64,000 bases of DNA from Thermoanaerobacterales bacterium (GCA_036771835.1 DAIPGN010000007.1:17408-81407), one strand, 5' to 3'. Counted from the first letter of the stretch, positions 35,276 to 45,929 are shown. The notes: generated by a model not told the origin, from the sequence alone. Numbers and translations are program-made.

Positions 35276-37543
35276 ATGGAAACAAAGGAGTTTAGAAACA
35301 GGTTTATTACGTATACGGTAATAATTATCCTTCTTTTTTCTGTTATCTTCGGAAGATTGATAGAGCTTCAGGTGGTTCAGGGCAGCTATTACAGAGAGTG
35401 GTCGGATGAAAAGAGACTGAGACTGATCACCGTCAAGGCTCCGAGAGGCAAGATCACTGACGCTAACGGCGTTGAGCTGGCAAACAGCAAGCCGATCTTC
35501 TGCCTGGATATCGTGAGGACCAATATAGACGATGACAAACTCAACAGCGTGATAATCGGAGTAATAGACATTTTAAAACAGAATGGAGAGGAGTACATAG
35601 ATACCCTGCCCATTTTTTCGGACGATGATGAAAGGGTATACTTTAACTTTAAGAGTTTTGAGAATGAAGACGTAAGCGGAGACGTACTCGCGGCTAGGGA
35701 AACGCGTTGGAAAAAAGATCACGATATAGCGGCGGATGCCGATGCGCAGAAGGCTTGGGACACATTAAAGAAGAAGTATGGCATAGACGACTCATATGGC
35801 ATACAGGACATAAGGCAGATAATGAATATTCGCACATTGATGTCCGAGCAGGGGTATAAATCTTATCAGCCGGTCACCATAGCCAAGGACATTTCGGAAA
35901 AGACCGTGGCTGAGCTGGAGGAGAAGCATATAAACCTTCCCGGCGTGATGGTCGACGTGGAACCGGTCAGACAGTATCCCGAAGGCAGCCTTGCATCACA
36001 GGTACTGGGTTATATAAGCAGGATAGATACGGACACTCTGAAGAAGCTGGATCAGACTAAATATAAACCGGACGACCTGATAGGAACGGTAGGGATAGAA
36101 AAATCCTTCGAGGAATACCTCAAAGGTACCGACGGCGGAGAGTATGTAGAGGTGGATGCCCTGGGCAGAAAGGTAAGGAGCGTATCCTATAAAGAGCCCT
36201 CCCCGGGTGACACGGTGGAACTTACGATCAAGGAAAAATTGCAGAAGGCTGCGGAACAGGGCCTGATAGAAACCATGGAGGATATAAGGGCGGGCAAAAA
36301 CGGTTTTACCAGGTCGCCATACGCTCAGATGGGAGCGGCAGTAGTCATCGACGTAAGAACAGGAGCGGTTTTGGCGCTGGCCAGTATCCCCGATTTCGAT
36401 CCCAATGTATTTGCCATGGGCAGTCCGTCCGTGGAAGAATATGCCGCGCTCAACCCCAAGGATGCCACGGAGCGCACTCCCAAGCCCTTGTGGAACTATG
36501 CGACAAAGGGGGCGATACCTCCCGGGTCTACCTTTAAGATGGTAACGGGTATGGCGGGACTTATGGAAGGAGTCATAACGCCGAAAGAACAGATACTGGA
36601 TAAGGGGGTGTATCCTTATGCTCATCATCCCGCATGCTGGTTGTGGAACGAGTATCACAGGACACACGGGCTGGTGGATATTACCAAGGCAATACAGGTA
36701 TCCTGCAACTATTATTTCTTTGAGGTGTCGCGGAGATTGGGCATAGATAAGCTTGCAGAGTATGCGCAGAAATTCGGCCTTGGACAGAAGACCGGCATAG
36801 AAATAGAAGAACAGGCCGGCACTATAGCCAATCCCGGTATTTTGAAGGATACGGCGACGAACGACCTCTACTATATCAAAAACGTACTCAAGCTGATAGA
36901 CCAGCATCAAGTGGATGAACTCTCGAAACTTGTCGACTCGGGAGAAATAAGGGACAGCGTCATCGTAAAGAAGATGAACGAACTGGGTATAACAGATAAA
37001 AAAGCGAGGGACAAGGTGCTGTATGCGATAAAGGGCACGCAATGGAATCTGGGTATGACTCTGAGCGCGGCCATAGGGCAGGGCCAAAACTCATTTACCC
37101 CGCTTCAGATGGCTAATTATATAGCAACTTTGGTAAACGGAGGCACGAGATACAGGCCGCATCTGCTTAAAGAGATCGACACCTACGACGGCAAGGTAGT
37201 GAAGAAGGCACAGCCGGAAGTGCTGGATAAATTAAATTTCAATGAGGAGTATGTGGACTATATCAAAGAAGGTATGAGAGCCGTTACCGAAATGGGCGGA
37301 ACGGCGTCGGGCACGTTTTCCAATTATCCCGTCCCCATCGGCGGCAAGACCGGATCGGCACAGAGACCCCCGTACAACGCTTACGGCTGGTTCGTCGGTT
37401 TTGCACCCTATGACAAGCCGGAGATTGCTGTGGCCGTCGTCATATATGAGGCCGGAAGCGGTAGCTATACCGCCCATGCGGCTAAAAACATTTTTGATGC
37501 CTACTTTGATTTGGATGAGCCGGATCAGAATCCAATAAAATAG
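35276..37543 (+). CDS. mrdA: Penicillin-binding protein 2 (elongasome transpeptidase)
   Basis: It has an N-terminal anchor and a PBP dimerisation domain. Transpeptidase motifs are GSTFK, SCN and KTGS(A). Confidence 0.9.
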   Translation: METKEFRNRFITYTVIIILLFSVIFGRLIELQVVQGSYYREWSDEKRLRLITVKAPRGKITDANGVELANSKPIFCLDIVRTNIDDDKLNSVIIGVIDILKQNGEEYIDTLPIFSDDDERVYFNFKSFENEDVSGDVLAARETRWKKDHDIAADADAQKAWDTLKKKYGIDDSYGIQDIRQIMNIRTLMSEQGYKSYQPVTIAKDISEKTVAELEEKHINLPGVMVDVEPVRQYPEGSLASQVLGYISRIDTDTLKKLDQTKYKPDDLIGTVGIEKSFEEYLKGTDGGEYVEVDALGRKVRSVSYKEPSPGDTVELTIKEKLQKAAEQGLIETMEDIRAGKNGFTRSPYAQMGAAVVIDVRTGAVLALASIPDFDPNVFAMGSPSVEEYAALNPKDATERTPKPLWNYATKGAIPPGSTFKMVTGMAGLMEGVITPKEQILDKGVYPYAHHPACWLWNEYHRTHGLVDITKAIQVSCNYYFFEVSRRLGIDKLAEYAQKFGLGQKTGIEIEEQAGTIANPGILKDTATNDLYYIKNVLKLIDQHQVDELSKLVDSGEIRDSVIVKKMNELGITDKKARDKVLYAIKGTQWNLGMTLSAAIGQGQNSFTPLQMANYIATLVNGGTRYRPHLLKEIDTYDGKVVKKAQPEVLDKLNFNEEYVDYIKEGMRAVTEMGGTASGTFSNYPVPIGGKTGSAQRPPYNAYGWFVGFAPYDKPEIAVAVVIYEAGSGSYTAHAAKNIFDAYFDLDEPDQNPIK

Positions 37544-37552
37544 TAATAAAAA

Positions 37553-37588
37553 AATAGATAGGTTTAATAAGACCATCTATTTTTTTTA
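37553..37588 (+). terminator. Rho-independent terminator after mrdA
   Basis: An imperfect hairpin (aatagata...atctatt) is followed by a T8 run. Confidence 0.6.
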
Positions 37589-37652
37589 CCCGATCAGGAG
37601 GATTTTTGCAATGAATGAAGAAATAACAAAGTAGTAGATACGGAGGATAAAT

Positions 37653-38255
37653 ATGTCTAAACTCGATATAAAGGGCATGCGAAACAGGCTTATCATTAAT
37701 ATTGACGATCATGATGATTTTATGGAGGCTTACAAAGACCTGGACGAAAGGTTGGGGAGATCCGCCGATTTCTACAAAAATTCTCATATGAAGGCAATCG
37801 TTAGGGGGAAGAAATTGGATCAAGGCGAAAGAGATATGATGAGAGAGCTTCTGGAATTCAGATATGGTTTTAAGACATTATTCATTAGCTCCGCCGATCA
37901 AAAAAATAATGATTCGGTAAAATTTATTCAGGGTACCGTCAGATCGGGTCAGCTTGTGGAAGAACCGGGCCATATAGTGGTTTTGGGGGATACCAACGAC
38001 GGCTCGGAGATAAGAGCCGGAGGCAATATTATTGTTATGGGCAGGACAAACGGACTGCTGCATGCAGGCTATCCCGATAAAAGCGATGCCGTCGTTGCTG
38101 CGGTCAGGATGGAAAGCCTTCAGATACGGATTGGGAATAACATCTCGCGGGCTCCCGACGCAAAAGTATACCGGGCCGACGTTCCCGAAATCGCTTATGT
38201 AAAAGATGGAAAAATTATTATAGAACCTCTTAACCAAAAAAGTAAAATGTTGTAA
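37653..38255 (+). CDS. minC: Septum-site-determining protein MinC
   Basis: The C-terminal beta-helix motif reads GTVRSGQ...VVLGDTNDGSEIRAGGNIIVMG...LHAG. Confidence 0.88.
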   Translation: MSKLDIKGMRNRLIINIDDHDDFMEAYKDLDERLGRSADFYKNSHMKAIVRGKKLDQGERDMMRELLEFRYGFKTLFISSADQKNNDSVKFIQGTVRSGQLVEEPGHIVVLGDTNDGSEIRAGGNIIVMGRTNGLLHAGYPDKSDAVVAAVRMESLQIRIGNNISRAPDAKVYRADVPEIAYVKDGKIIIEPLNQKSKML

Positions 38256-38280
38256 AATATAGTTGAGGAGGGATTGAAGG

Positions 38281-39081
38281 ATGGGAACAGTTTTCGTAGT
38301 AACTTCGGGAAAGGGCGGAGTAGGTAAGACGACCACGACCGCTAACATAGGAACAGGACTGGCATTGGCAGGAAATAAGGTGGCTTTGGTGGATGCGGAT
38401 ATCGGCCTGAGAAATCTGGACGTGGTCATGGGCCTTGAGAACAGGATCGTCTATGATATAGTGGATGTCGTTGAAGGAGAATGCAGATTGAGGCAGGCCT
38501 TGATAAAGGACAAGCGCTATGAGGGACTCTATCTGCTGCCCGCTGCGCAGACGAAGGATAAGACGGCCATAAGCCCCGAGCAGATGCAAAAGCTATGCAA
38601 TGAACTCAAAGAAGAATTTGACTATATCATAGTGGATTGTCCGGCAGGGATAGAGCAGGGCTTTAAAAATGCCATTGCCGGCGCGGACAGGGCGATAGTG
38701 GTAACTACGCCGGAGGTATCGGCCGTAAGGGACGCGGATAGGATAATAGGCCTGCTTGAAGCGAATGACCTGAGGGACGATTATCTCATCATAAACAGGA
38801 TACGTATGGATATGGTCAAGCACAACGACATGCTGAGCATAGACGATATGCTGGATTTTCTTGCCATAACCCTTGTGGGAGTAGTTCCGGATGATGAAAA
38901 GATAGTCATCTCGACCAATAGGGGAGAGCCGGCTGTCACCGACGATAAATCCATGGCGGGCAAGGCCTATAGGAATATAACCAAAAGGCTGCTGGGAGAG
39001 GATGTGCCGTTTATGGATCTCAATACCGATGATAGTTTCTTTGGACGGCTGAAAAAATTGTTTGGCATCGGCGCAAAATAG
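38281..39081 (+). CDS. minD: Septum-site-determining ATPase MinD
   Basis: The deviant Walker A reads TSGKGGVGKTT, and the C-terminal amphipathic helix reads FFGRLKKLFG. Confidence 0.95.
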   Translation: MGTVFVVTSGKGGVGKTTTTANIGTGLALAGNKVALVDADIGLRNLDVVMGLENRIVYDIVDVVEGECRLRQALIKDKRYEGLYLLPAAQTKDKTAISPEQMQKLCNELKEEFDYIIVDCPAGIEQGFKNAIAGADRAIVVTTPEVSAVRDADRIIGLLEANDLRDDYLIINRIRMDMVKHNDMLSIDDMLDFLAITLVGVVPDDEKIVISTNRGEPAVTDDKSMAGKAYRNITKRLLGEDVPFMDLNTDDSFFGRLKKLFGIGAK

Positions 39082-39088
39082 AGGAGGT

Positions 39089-39370
39089 ATGGTTATGGGA
39101 CTTTTTGATTTTTCTTCCAGGGGGAGTAGTAAGGATGTTGCCAAGGAACGGCTCCGTTCTATACTTGTGCAGGATCGGACCAATGTATATCCTCAATATC
39201 TTGATATGATAAAAAATGACATTGTCAAAGTCATATCCGACTATGTCGAGATCGATACCAACGGCATGGAGATCAAGATAGCCAATGTGCTCAGGGCTTC
39301 AGACAATACCAACGTGCCGGAACTCGTTGCCAATGTGCCGATAAAGAGGATGAAGAACATAGGGAAATGA
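39089..39370 (+). CDS. minE: Cell-division topological specificity factor MinE
   Basis: GLFDFSSRGSSKDVAKERLRSILVQDR is present. The start is ATG 39089 or 39095, after AGAGGAGG. Confidence 0.88.
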   Translation: MVMGLFDFSSRGSSKDVAKERLRSILVQDRTNVYPQYLDMIKNDIVKVISDYVEIDTNGMEIKIANVLRASDNTNVPELVANVPIKRMKNIGK

Positions 39371-39440
39371 GCAGCCAATATTTTCATTTAAAGTGCCGCC
39401 TCACTATGTGTTATAATTATAGGATATGGGGTGGTGCAAA

Positions 39441-40550
39441 ATGATCGATAAAAAACTTATAAAAAATATCGATTTTGTCCTTCTTATTTGTATATATATT
39501 GTGTCTGCGATCGGGCTGATTGCGATAAGCAGCGCCACCCATGTGCAGGAGAGCGGTTCTTATTCTTCGGTCATAAAACAGGCGCTGTCGCTTGCCATAG
39601 GAACGGTCGCATTTATTGTAATGATCAGCTTTGATTATAGTTATCTGAGCGCCTACAGCAAATATATATATATATTTAATATTATCATTCTCTTAATGGT
39701 ATGGGTCGCGGGCATCGGTCATCAGTCGAAGGGCGCGCAGAGTTGGATCGCCCTCGGATTTTTAAATTTCCAGCCTTCGGAGTTTGCAAAGGTGGCAATT
39801 ATTATAAGCCTGTCTAAATTTTTGGCGGACAGGGATGGACCGCTGGACAATGCGCATGATGTGCTCATGGTATTGCTCAATGTCGGCATACCGTTCATAT
39901 TGATCTTTATACAGCCGGACTTGGGAACGGCGCTGGTATTTGCCGCGGTTACCATAGGAATGCTTCTCATTTATGGAGTCGACTTCAAGTGGATACTCGC
40001 GGGAGGAGCGACCTTGGCTGTCTCTATGCCTATAATATGGTTTTATGCATTGGAGCCGCATCAGAAGAACAGGATCATCACCTTCTTAAATCCCAGCCTT
40101 GATCCGCTTAAAACAGGCTATCATGCGATACAGTCAAAAATCGCGGTAGGCTCGGGAATGTTGACGGGAAGAGGTTTGTATAACGGGACTCAGACGCAGC
40201 TGAATTTCCTGCCGGAAGCCCGTACGGACTTCATCTTTTCCGTGGTGGGGGAAGAGCTTGGCTTTGTCGGAGCCGCGACCATTGTGCTGCTCTATTTTAT
40301 CATATTATATAGGATAATCAGGATAGCCATGAAGGCGAAAGATAAATTCGGCATGTATCTATGCGTGGGTGTGGCTTCTATGTTTTTATTCCAGATATTC
40401 GAAAATATAGGCATGACCATAGGGCTGATGCCTATAACCGGTATAACGCTGCCCTTCATGAGTTATGGCGGCAGTTCGCTTTTGGCAAACATGATTTCCT
40501 TGGGTATGGTGATAAACGTGGGTATGAGAAAGCAAAAGATAAACTTCTGA
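39441..40550 (+). CDS. rodA: SEDS-family peptidoglycan glycosyltransferase RodA
   Basis: FtsW/RodA/SpoVE motifs are present ([33 protein letters not shown]). Its position after minCDE supports the rodA call. Confidence 0.85.
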   Translation: MIDKKLIKNIDFVLLICIYIVSAIGLIAISSATHVQESGSYSSVIKQALSLAIGTVAFIVMISFDYSYLSAYSKYIYIFNIIILLMVWVAGIGHQSKGAQSWIALGFLNFQPSEFAKVAIIISLSKFLADRDGPLDNAHDVLMVLLNVGIPFILIFIQPDLGTALVFAAVTIGMLLIYGVDFKWILAGGATLAVSMPIIWFYALEPHQKNRIITFLNPSLDPLKTGYHAIQSKIAVGSGMLTGRGLYNGTQTQLNFLPEARTDFIFSVVGEELGFVGAATIVLLYFIILYRIIRIAMKAKDKFGMYLCVGVASMFLFQIFENIGMTIGLMPITGITLPFMSYGGSSLLANMISLGMVINVGMRKQKINF

Positions 40551-40561
40551 GGAGTGATTGC

Positions 40562-40996
40562 ATGAATATTGCTCTTGTGGCTCATGATGCGAAGAAAAAG
40601 CAGATGATAAACTTCGCTGTGGCGTATAGGGACATATTGGCCGGTCACACTTTGTTTGCAACGGGAGCTACGGGCGAATTGGTGGAGGAGCACACGGGAC
40701 TCAACGTGCACAAGTTCCGGCCGGGCCCGTTGGGGGGCGACCAGCAGATCGGGTCCATGATAGCGCAGGATGAGATGGACATGGTCGTTTTCCTGAGGGA
40801 CCCGCTTACGGCACAGCCGCATGAGCCTGACATAACTGCACTTCTGCGCATCTGCGACGTCCATAATATACCGCTGGCAACGAATATGGCCTCGGCGGAG
40901 GTGCTGATAAAAGGACTTTCGCGGGGAGATTTGGCTTGGCGCGAGGTCATAAATCCCATGCTTGGACAAAATGACGGGCAATGCAGTGAATGTTGA
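40562..40996 (+). CDS. mgsA: Methylglyoxal synthase
   Basis: [31 protein letters not shown] and PHEPDI are present. The track start 40361 lies inside rodA and is rejected. Confidence 0.92.
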   Translation: MNIALVAHDAKKKQMINFAVAYRDILAGHTLFATGATGELVEEHTGLNVHKFRPGPLGGDQQIGSMIAQDEMDMVVFLRDPLTAQPHEPDITALLRICDVHNIPLATNMASAEVLIKGLSRGDLAWREVINPMLGQNDGQCSEC

Positions 40997-41094
40997 CTAA
41001 ATATCCCTGCTTTGAACCATAATGAATAATGTAATAAAGAATGCCTCCTTCAAATATATTTAATTAATAGAATAAGGACGAAGGAGGCCTCCTT

Positions 41095-41808
41095 ATGTAT
41101 AAAGTACAATACGGCGGAAAGATCAAGGGGAGCGGACAAAAGAACCTGAAGAGCAGAGCTGCCAGGGTATTGCAGCAGACTGCGGTATCGCTTTTGATAC
41201 TGGCGATATTGCTTACTCTATCATCCGTCAAGGTATCATTTTTCAAAAAAACCGTGGGTTATGTCAAAAAGGGCCTGGCCTACGATTATACCGTTGAAGA
41301 CGGTATCAACGGCGTTAAATATGTATTCAAACAGATCCCGGTTTTTCGCGACAAAATAGTCTCGGTATTTAAGAATATGGACAGCGGGGATACCCAACAG
41401 AAGATGGTAATGCCGGCGGAGGGTCCGATAACCTCGAAGTTTGGCATGAGGGTGCATCCCGTCTTTAATGACCTAAGGATGCATCAGGGAATAGACATAG
41501 GCGTGGAAGAAGGTACGCCGGTAAAGGCGGTGCTGGATGGCAGCGTTGAAAAGGTGGATTACGACAGTGAACTGGGCAAGTATGTTCTTTTAAAGCATAA
41601 TGACAGGCTGGAAACACTATATGGACATCTGTCCGAGATAACGGTAAGCGTAAATGACAAAGTAAAGCAAAACGATACCATCGGGAAATCGGGAGCGACA
41701 GGCTTGGTAACGTCTCCAAACCTTCACTTTGAGGTATGGGAGAATGAGAAAGCCGTAGATCCTTTGACAAAAATCGATGACGATTCTGATGAAAAAATAT
41801 TGAATTAG
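41095..41808 (+). CDS. M23-family (LytM-type) metallopeptidase
   Basis: It has an N-terminal anchor and the motifs HQGIDI...GT.V and YGHLSE...GATGLVTSPNLHFEV. Confidence 0.88.
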   Translation: MYKVQYGGKIKGSGQKNLKSRAARVLQQTAVSLLILAILLTLSSVKVSFFKKTVGYVKKGLAYDYTVEDGINGVKYVFKQIPVFRDKIVSVFKNMDSGDTQQKMVMPAEGPITSKFGMRVHPVFNDLRMHQGIDIGVEEGTPVKAVLDGSVEKVDYDSELGKYVLLKHNDRLETLYGHLSEITVSVNDKVKQNDTIGKSGATGLVTSPNLHFEVWENEKAVDPLTKIDDDSDEKILN

Positions 41809-41895
41809 AGCAAAATTAAAAATGGTATAATATAAAAATATAAATCAGTTTATGATAAAATATTAATGTTATCAACAAAGGAAACGAGGAAGTAT

Positions 41896-43749
41896 ATGCT
41901 GAAGGACAAACTGCTGAACGAGATATTGCCTAAGGTTGAAAAGCCTGCTAGATATATAGGCAACGAATTGAACAGCGTACACAAGGAATACGAAAGCGGA
42001 ATGGTCAGGTTTGTATTTGCCTTTCCCGATACTTATGAAATCGGCATGTCACATTTGGGTATAAAGATATTGTACCATCTGTTAAATAAAAGAGAAGATG
42101 TCGTGTGCGAGAGGGTTTTTGCGCCCTGGGTCGATATGGAAGAGATATTAAGGAGAGAAGGACTGCCTCTTTTTTCTCTTGAAAGTATGACTCCGATCGC
42201 GGACTTTGACATCATAGGATTTACCCTGCAGTATGAGATGAGTTATACGAATATCTTAAATATGCTTTCTCTGGCGGGAATACCCATGGATGCCGCGGAC
42301 CGTGACGACTCTCATCCCTATGTGATAGCCGGAGGACCGTGTGCATACAATCCCGAACCCTTGGCACAGTTTATAGACTTTTTTGTCATGGGGGAAGGCG
42401 AAGAGGTCATCGGAGAAATAATGGACGTCTATAAGGAATGCAGGAAAAAGGGCACGTCCAGACAGGATCTGCTGCGCCGGATGGCGGATGTGGACGGCGT
42501 TTATGTGCCGTCGCTGTACGTCATGACATATAATGAGGACGGCACGGTCAGAAGCGTGAAACCGGTAAGCGACGATCTGCCCGCAAGGATAAAGAAGCGC
42601 GCAGTCAAAAAGATGGACGAGGTCTATTATCCCGACAATATGATCGTGCCTTACCTTCAGACTGTGCATGACCGCATCATGCTGGAAATATTCAGGGGAT
42701 GTACGCGGGGATGCCGCTTTTGCCAGGCCGGAATGATTTACAGGCCGGTCAGGGAGCGCTCGGTCGAAAACCTGATGGACCTGGCTGAGAAGCTTGTGGC
42801 GTCCACGGGATATGACGAGATATCCTTAGTTTCTTTGAGCAGCTGCGACTATACCTTTCTGGATGAACTGATAGAATCCCTCATGGATAAATTTAAAGAA
42901 AAGGGGATAGGGATATCCCTGCCGTCGCTGCGGATAGACTCGAATTATGTGGATATATTCAATAAGATCGAGGAGGTCAGAAAGTCGGGCATAACTTTGG
43001 CGCCCGAGGCAGGCTCACAGCGCCTCAGGGACGTTATCAACAAAAACGTGACCGAGCAGGACCTTGTCAATGCGGTCAGCGCGGCCTTTAAATTCGGCTG
43101 GCGCACGTTAAAACTCTACTTCATGATAGGCTTGCCTACGGAGACTGATGAAGACCTGGAAGGCATAGCGGAGCTTGGGGAGACCGTATTGAGAGAATAT
43201 AAAAAGATCCACGGTAATACAAGGGGTCTTAAGGTGACTCTCAGTGCGTCGTCCTTTGTGCCTAAGCCCCATACTCCTTTTCAATGGGAGCCGCAGGACA
43301 GCATAGAGGAGATAATGAGAAAGCAGTCCCTTGCCAGGAGCAAAATAAGGGGACAGGCACTGAGATTCACATATCACGATGCCAAGCTGAGTTTCTTGGA
43401 AGCGGTCATTTCACGGGGAGACAGGCGTATATCCATGGTGCTGAAGAGGGCTTGGGAAAAGGGGTGCCGCTTTGACTCATGGAACGAATACTTTAAATTT
43501 GACCTATGGATGGAAGCATTTAAAGAAACCGGGATCGATCCCGGCTTTTACGCATCCAGGAAGAGACCGGACGATGAAGTCTTTCCTTGGGATCACATTG
43601 ACGTCGGAGTAAATAAAGAGTTTTTGAAGCGGGAGAGAGACAGGGCATACAAGGGCCGGACCACTTTCGATTGCCGGAAGCACTGCATAAAATGCGGCGT
43701 ACAAGATTTGGAAGAGGGGCTGAAATGCTATGGACAGGATCAGGGTTAA
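41896..43749 (+). CDS. Radical SAM protein, TIGR03960-like (B12-binding-like N-domain), function unknown
   Basis: The CxxxCxxC cluster reads FRGCTRGCRFCQAG. It is ~620 aa. ATG 41896 follows AAGGAAACGAGGAAG (track start 41866). Confidence 0.85.
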   Translation: MLKDKLLNEILPKVEKPARYIGNELNSVHKEYESGMVRFVFAFPDTYEIGMSHLGIKILYHLLNKREDVVCERVFAPWVDMEEILRREGLPLFSLESMTPIADFDIIGFTLQYEMSYTNILNMLSLAGIPMDAADRDDSHPYVIAGGPCAYNPEPLAQFIDFFVMGEGEEVIGEIMDVYKECRKKGTSRQDLLRRMADVDGVYVPSLYVMTYNEDGTVRSVKPVSDDLPARIKKRAVKKMDEVYYPDNMIVPYLQTVHDRIMLEIFRGCTRGCRFCQAGMIYRPVRERSVENLMDLAEKLVASTGYDEISLVSLSSCDYTFLDELIESLMDKFKEKGIGISLPSLRIDSNYVDIFNKIEEVRKSGITLAPEAGSQRLRDVINKNVTEQDLVNAVSAAFKFGWRTLKLYFMIGLPTETDEDLEGIAELGETVLREYKKIHGNTRGLKVTLSASSFVPKPHTPFQWEPQDSIEEIMRKQSLARSKIRGQALRFTYHDAKLSFLEAVISRGDRRISMVLKRAWEKGCRFDSWNEYFKFDLWMEAFKETGIDPGFYASRKRPDDEVFPWDHIDVGVNKEFLKRERDRAYKGRTTFDCRKHCIKCGVQDLEEGLKCYGQDQG

Positions 43750-44404
43750 ATACACGAAGGGAAGGGATGTAAGATATATTTCGCATCTGGACTTGATGAG
43801 GGCGTTGGAGAGGGCGCTTCGGAGAGCCGAAATACCCTTTGCGCTAACGGAGGGCTTTAATCCTAAACCCAAGATGAATTTTTCTCCCCCGCTTTCGCTG
43901 GGATATGTCAGTTGTGCGGAATACTTTGACGTCGACTTCACGACGGATATGCCGCCCGAAACATTTATATCTAAGATGAACGATGTGTTCCCCGTGGGAA
44001 TAGGGATCACCGAGGCAGTCAAGATAGACCGCGCTTCGAAATCGCTGAACAGTATTATAAACGGCGCCCGGTACGTGATCCGTTACCCCTTTGGCAGCGA
44101 TATTGCGGACAGAGCCGGTGAATTTTTGAATAATGAAATAATCATCGAGAAGAAGAGCAAGAGGGGCGTCAAGACTGTGGATATAAAACCGCTGATATAT
44201 GATTTTTCCGTCAAGGGCGAGGATACGATAGAAACTTGGCTACCGGCGGGCAGCACTGAGAGCATAAATCCGATGTACGTGCTTAAGGCATACCTGGATT
44301 TTGCCGGGGGAGAATTTCGTGAAGAGGGTGCATTTATAACGAGGACGGAGCAATATATCGACAGGGATGGGAATACGCCGATGCAGGCGGGTGTGTGCGC
44401 GTGA
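43730..44404 (+). CDS. TIGR03936/DUF2344-like radical-SAM-associated protein
   Basis: The N-terminus reads RIRVKYTKGRDVRYISHLDLMRALERALRRA. It overlaps the radical SAM gene by 20 nt. The pair is fused in many genomes as I recall. Confidence 0.75.
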   Translation: MDRIRVKYTKGRDVRYISHLDLMRALERALRRAEIPFALTEGFNPKPKMNFSPPLSLGYVSCAEYFDVDFTTDMPPETFISKMNDVFPVGIGITEAVKIDRASKSLNSIINGARYVIRYPFGSDIADRAGEFLNNEIIIEKKSKRGVKTVDIKPLIYDFSVKGEDTIETWLPAGSTESINPMYVLKAYLDFAGGEFREEGAFITRTEQYIDRDGNTPMQAGVCA

Positions 44405-45807
44405 AGCAGCTTATAATCGATGCTTATACGGGACAGAGAAGGATAACGCTGGCCGAAGACGGCGACATATTGGAATACAGGGTCGACCCGGCGGAAAAGC
44501 TCTATGGGAATATCTACAAGGGCAGGGTGATAAATATCGTACCCGGCCTGGAAGCTGCCTTTGTAGATATCGGCTATAAGAAAAATGCTTATCTGCCTAT
44601 GAAAAAGGGACTCATGGATAATATATCCCCGGGCAATTTCGCTATCGTGCAGGTGGTGAAGGAATCCATAGGGAATAAGGGGCCAAAGCTGACGATGGAT
44701 ATCACGCTCCCCGGAAAATATTTGGTGCTCATGCCGCTTTCCGATAATATAGGCATCTCCCACAGGATAGATACGGAAGAGGAGAAGAAAAGACTAAAGG
44801 AAAAGGTCAGGCGGATAAAGCCGGAGGGCATGGGCATCATCATAAGGACCAATGCGGTCAATGCCGGGTACGAAGAATTGTGCGCGGACATGAAACAGCT
44901 GACTGATAAATGGACTCAGATACTGAGCGTATATGAGATGTTCACGGTACCTGTGCCTATTTACAAGGATATAAGCTCATTGGAAAATTCCCTGATGGAT
45001 ATGGTCACTTCCGACGTAGATGAGATCGTGGTGAACAGCGCGGACGACTTTGAGTATCTGCACGGCTATTTATCCGATGAAATGCCGGAGTATCTGCCCA
45101 AACTCAAGATGAAGCCCGATCCCGATATTTTTAAAAGCTATGGCGTAGAGGACAGTATCGAAAACATATTCATGAGGAAGATAAACTTAAAGAGCGGGGG
45201 CTATATTGTCATTGACAATACCGAAGCCCTTACCGTGATAGACGTGAACAGCGGCAAATTCACTTCCATGGGAAGTCTTGAGGAGACGGTACGCGCCATT
45301 AATTTCGAGGCGTCTAAGGAGATAGCGAAGCAGATCAAGCTGAGAAATATAGGCGGGATAATAATCATCGATTTTATCGATATGGAGTTGGAAGAAAACC
45401 GCAGCGCTCTGCTGGAATACATGAAGGAACAGGTCAAAAGCGACAGGGTGAAGACCAATGTGGTCGATATGACGTCCCTCGGGCTTGTGGAGCTGACCAG
45501 AAAGAAGGGGAAGGATACGAATGAAAGCTTCTTTGTGGATCAATGCCCGTATTGCCATGGCAGGGGATGGATATTCACCGGCGAATATCTGCTGAGCAAG
45601 ATCAAGCGCAAAATAATAAGGCTCGCGCAGAGATTTCCAGGCCGGGCCATCGTGGTGGAACTGAATCCGTTTACGATCGAAGAGTTTACGGAGGGCAACA
45701 TGTTCCTGGTGGATCTGCAAAACGTATCGGATTCTGAAATAATCATCCGGGACAATAAGGATCTGACCCTGGACAGCTATAAGATCCATCTTGAAGACGG
45801 GGAATGA
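44395..45807 (+). CDS. rng: Rne/Rng-family ribonuclease (RNase G-like)
   Basis: The S1 domain reads GNIYKGRVINIVPGLEAAFVDIG. The catalytic core reads TEALTVIDVNSGKF and IIIIDFIDM. A CPYCHGRG zinc-link-like motif is present. Confidence 0.88.
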   Translation: MRVKQLIIDAYTGQRRITLAEDGDILEYRVDPAEKLYGNIYKGRVINIVPGLEAAFVDIGYKKNAYLPMKKGLMDNISPGNFAIVQVVKESIGNKGPKLTMDITLPGKYLVLMPLSDNIGISHRIDTEEEKKRLKEKVRRIKPEGMGIIIRTNAVNAGYEELCADMKQLTDKWTQILSVYEMFTVPVPIYKDISSLENSLMDMVTSDVDEIVVNSADDFEYLHGYLSDEMPEYLPKLKMKPDPDIFKSYGVEDSIENIFMRKINLKSGGYIVIDNTEALTVIDVNSGKFTSMGSLEETVRAINFEASKEIAKQIKLRNIGGIIIIDFIDMELEENRSALLEYMKEQVKSDRVKTNVVDMTSLGLVELTRKKGKDTNESFFVDQCPYCHGRGWIFTGEYLLSKIKRKIIRLAQRFPGRAIVVELNPFTIEEFTEGNMFLVDLQNVSDSEIIIRDNKDLTLDSYKIHLEDGE

Positions 45808-45824
45808 GCCGGTTTTCCCTGACG

Positions 45825-45853
45825 TTGACAAGGAACGGACCTTATGTTAGAAT
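45825..45853 (+). promoter_or_regulatory. SigmaA-type promoter of the rplU operon
   Basis: TTGACA, a 17-nt spacer and TAGAAT are present. Confidence 0.65.
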
Positions 45854-45859
45854 ACTAAA

Positions 45860-45925
45860 GGTAAACCGCTCGGAAAGGGTTTTAAATCGGTACCTGTTTC
45901 CGGCGAGTCTTTGATGGGGAGGTTT
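45860..45925 (+). promoter_or_regulatory. Possible ribosomal L21 leader
   Basis: A ~70-nt transcribed leader lies between the promoter and rplU, at the position where Firmicutes carry the L21 leader. I could not fold it convincingly by eye. Confidence 0.3.
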
Positions 45926-45929
45926 TAAA

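Noticed and set aside
35996-37087. 363-aa minus-strand ORF inside the PBP2 gene
   Set aside because: It is antisense to a gene carrying clear SxxK/SxN/KTG motifs. The translation is Arg/Leu/Tyr-rich nonsense with no start context.
38593-39183. 196-aa minus-strand ORF opposite minD/minE, and the similar 219-aa one at 49035-49694 opposite nadD
   Set aside because: They are antisense to highly conserved genes, with no motifs and no SD.
44083-45831. Long minus-strand ORFs (226 aa and 214 aa) opposite the DUF2344 and rng genes
   Set aside because: These are shadow ORFs antisense to genes with clear family motifs. There are no ribosome-binding sites.
45860-45925. Confident call of the L21 leader structure
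   Set aside because: The position and length fit, but I could not draw the conserved helices by eye. It is kept only as a low-confidence feature.
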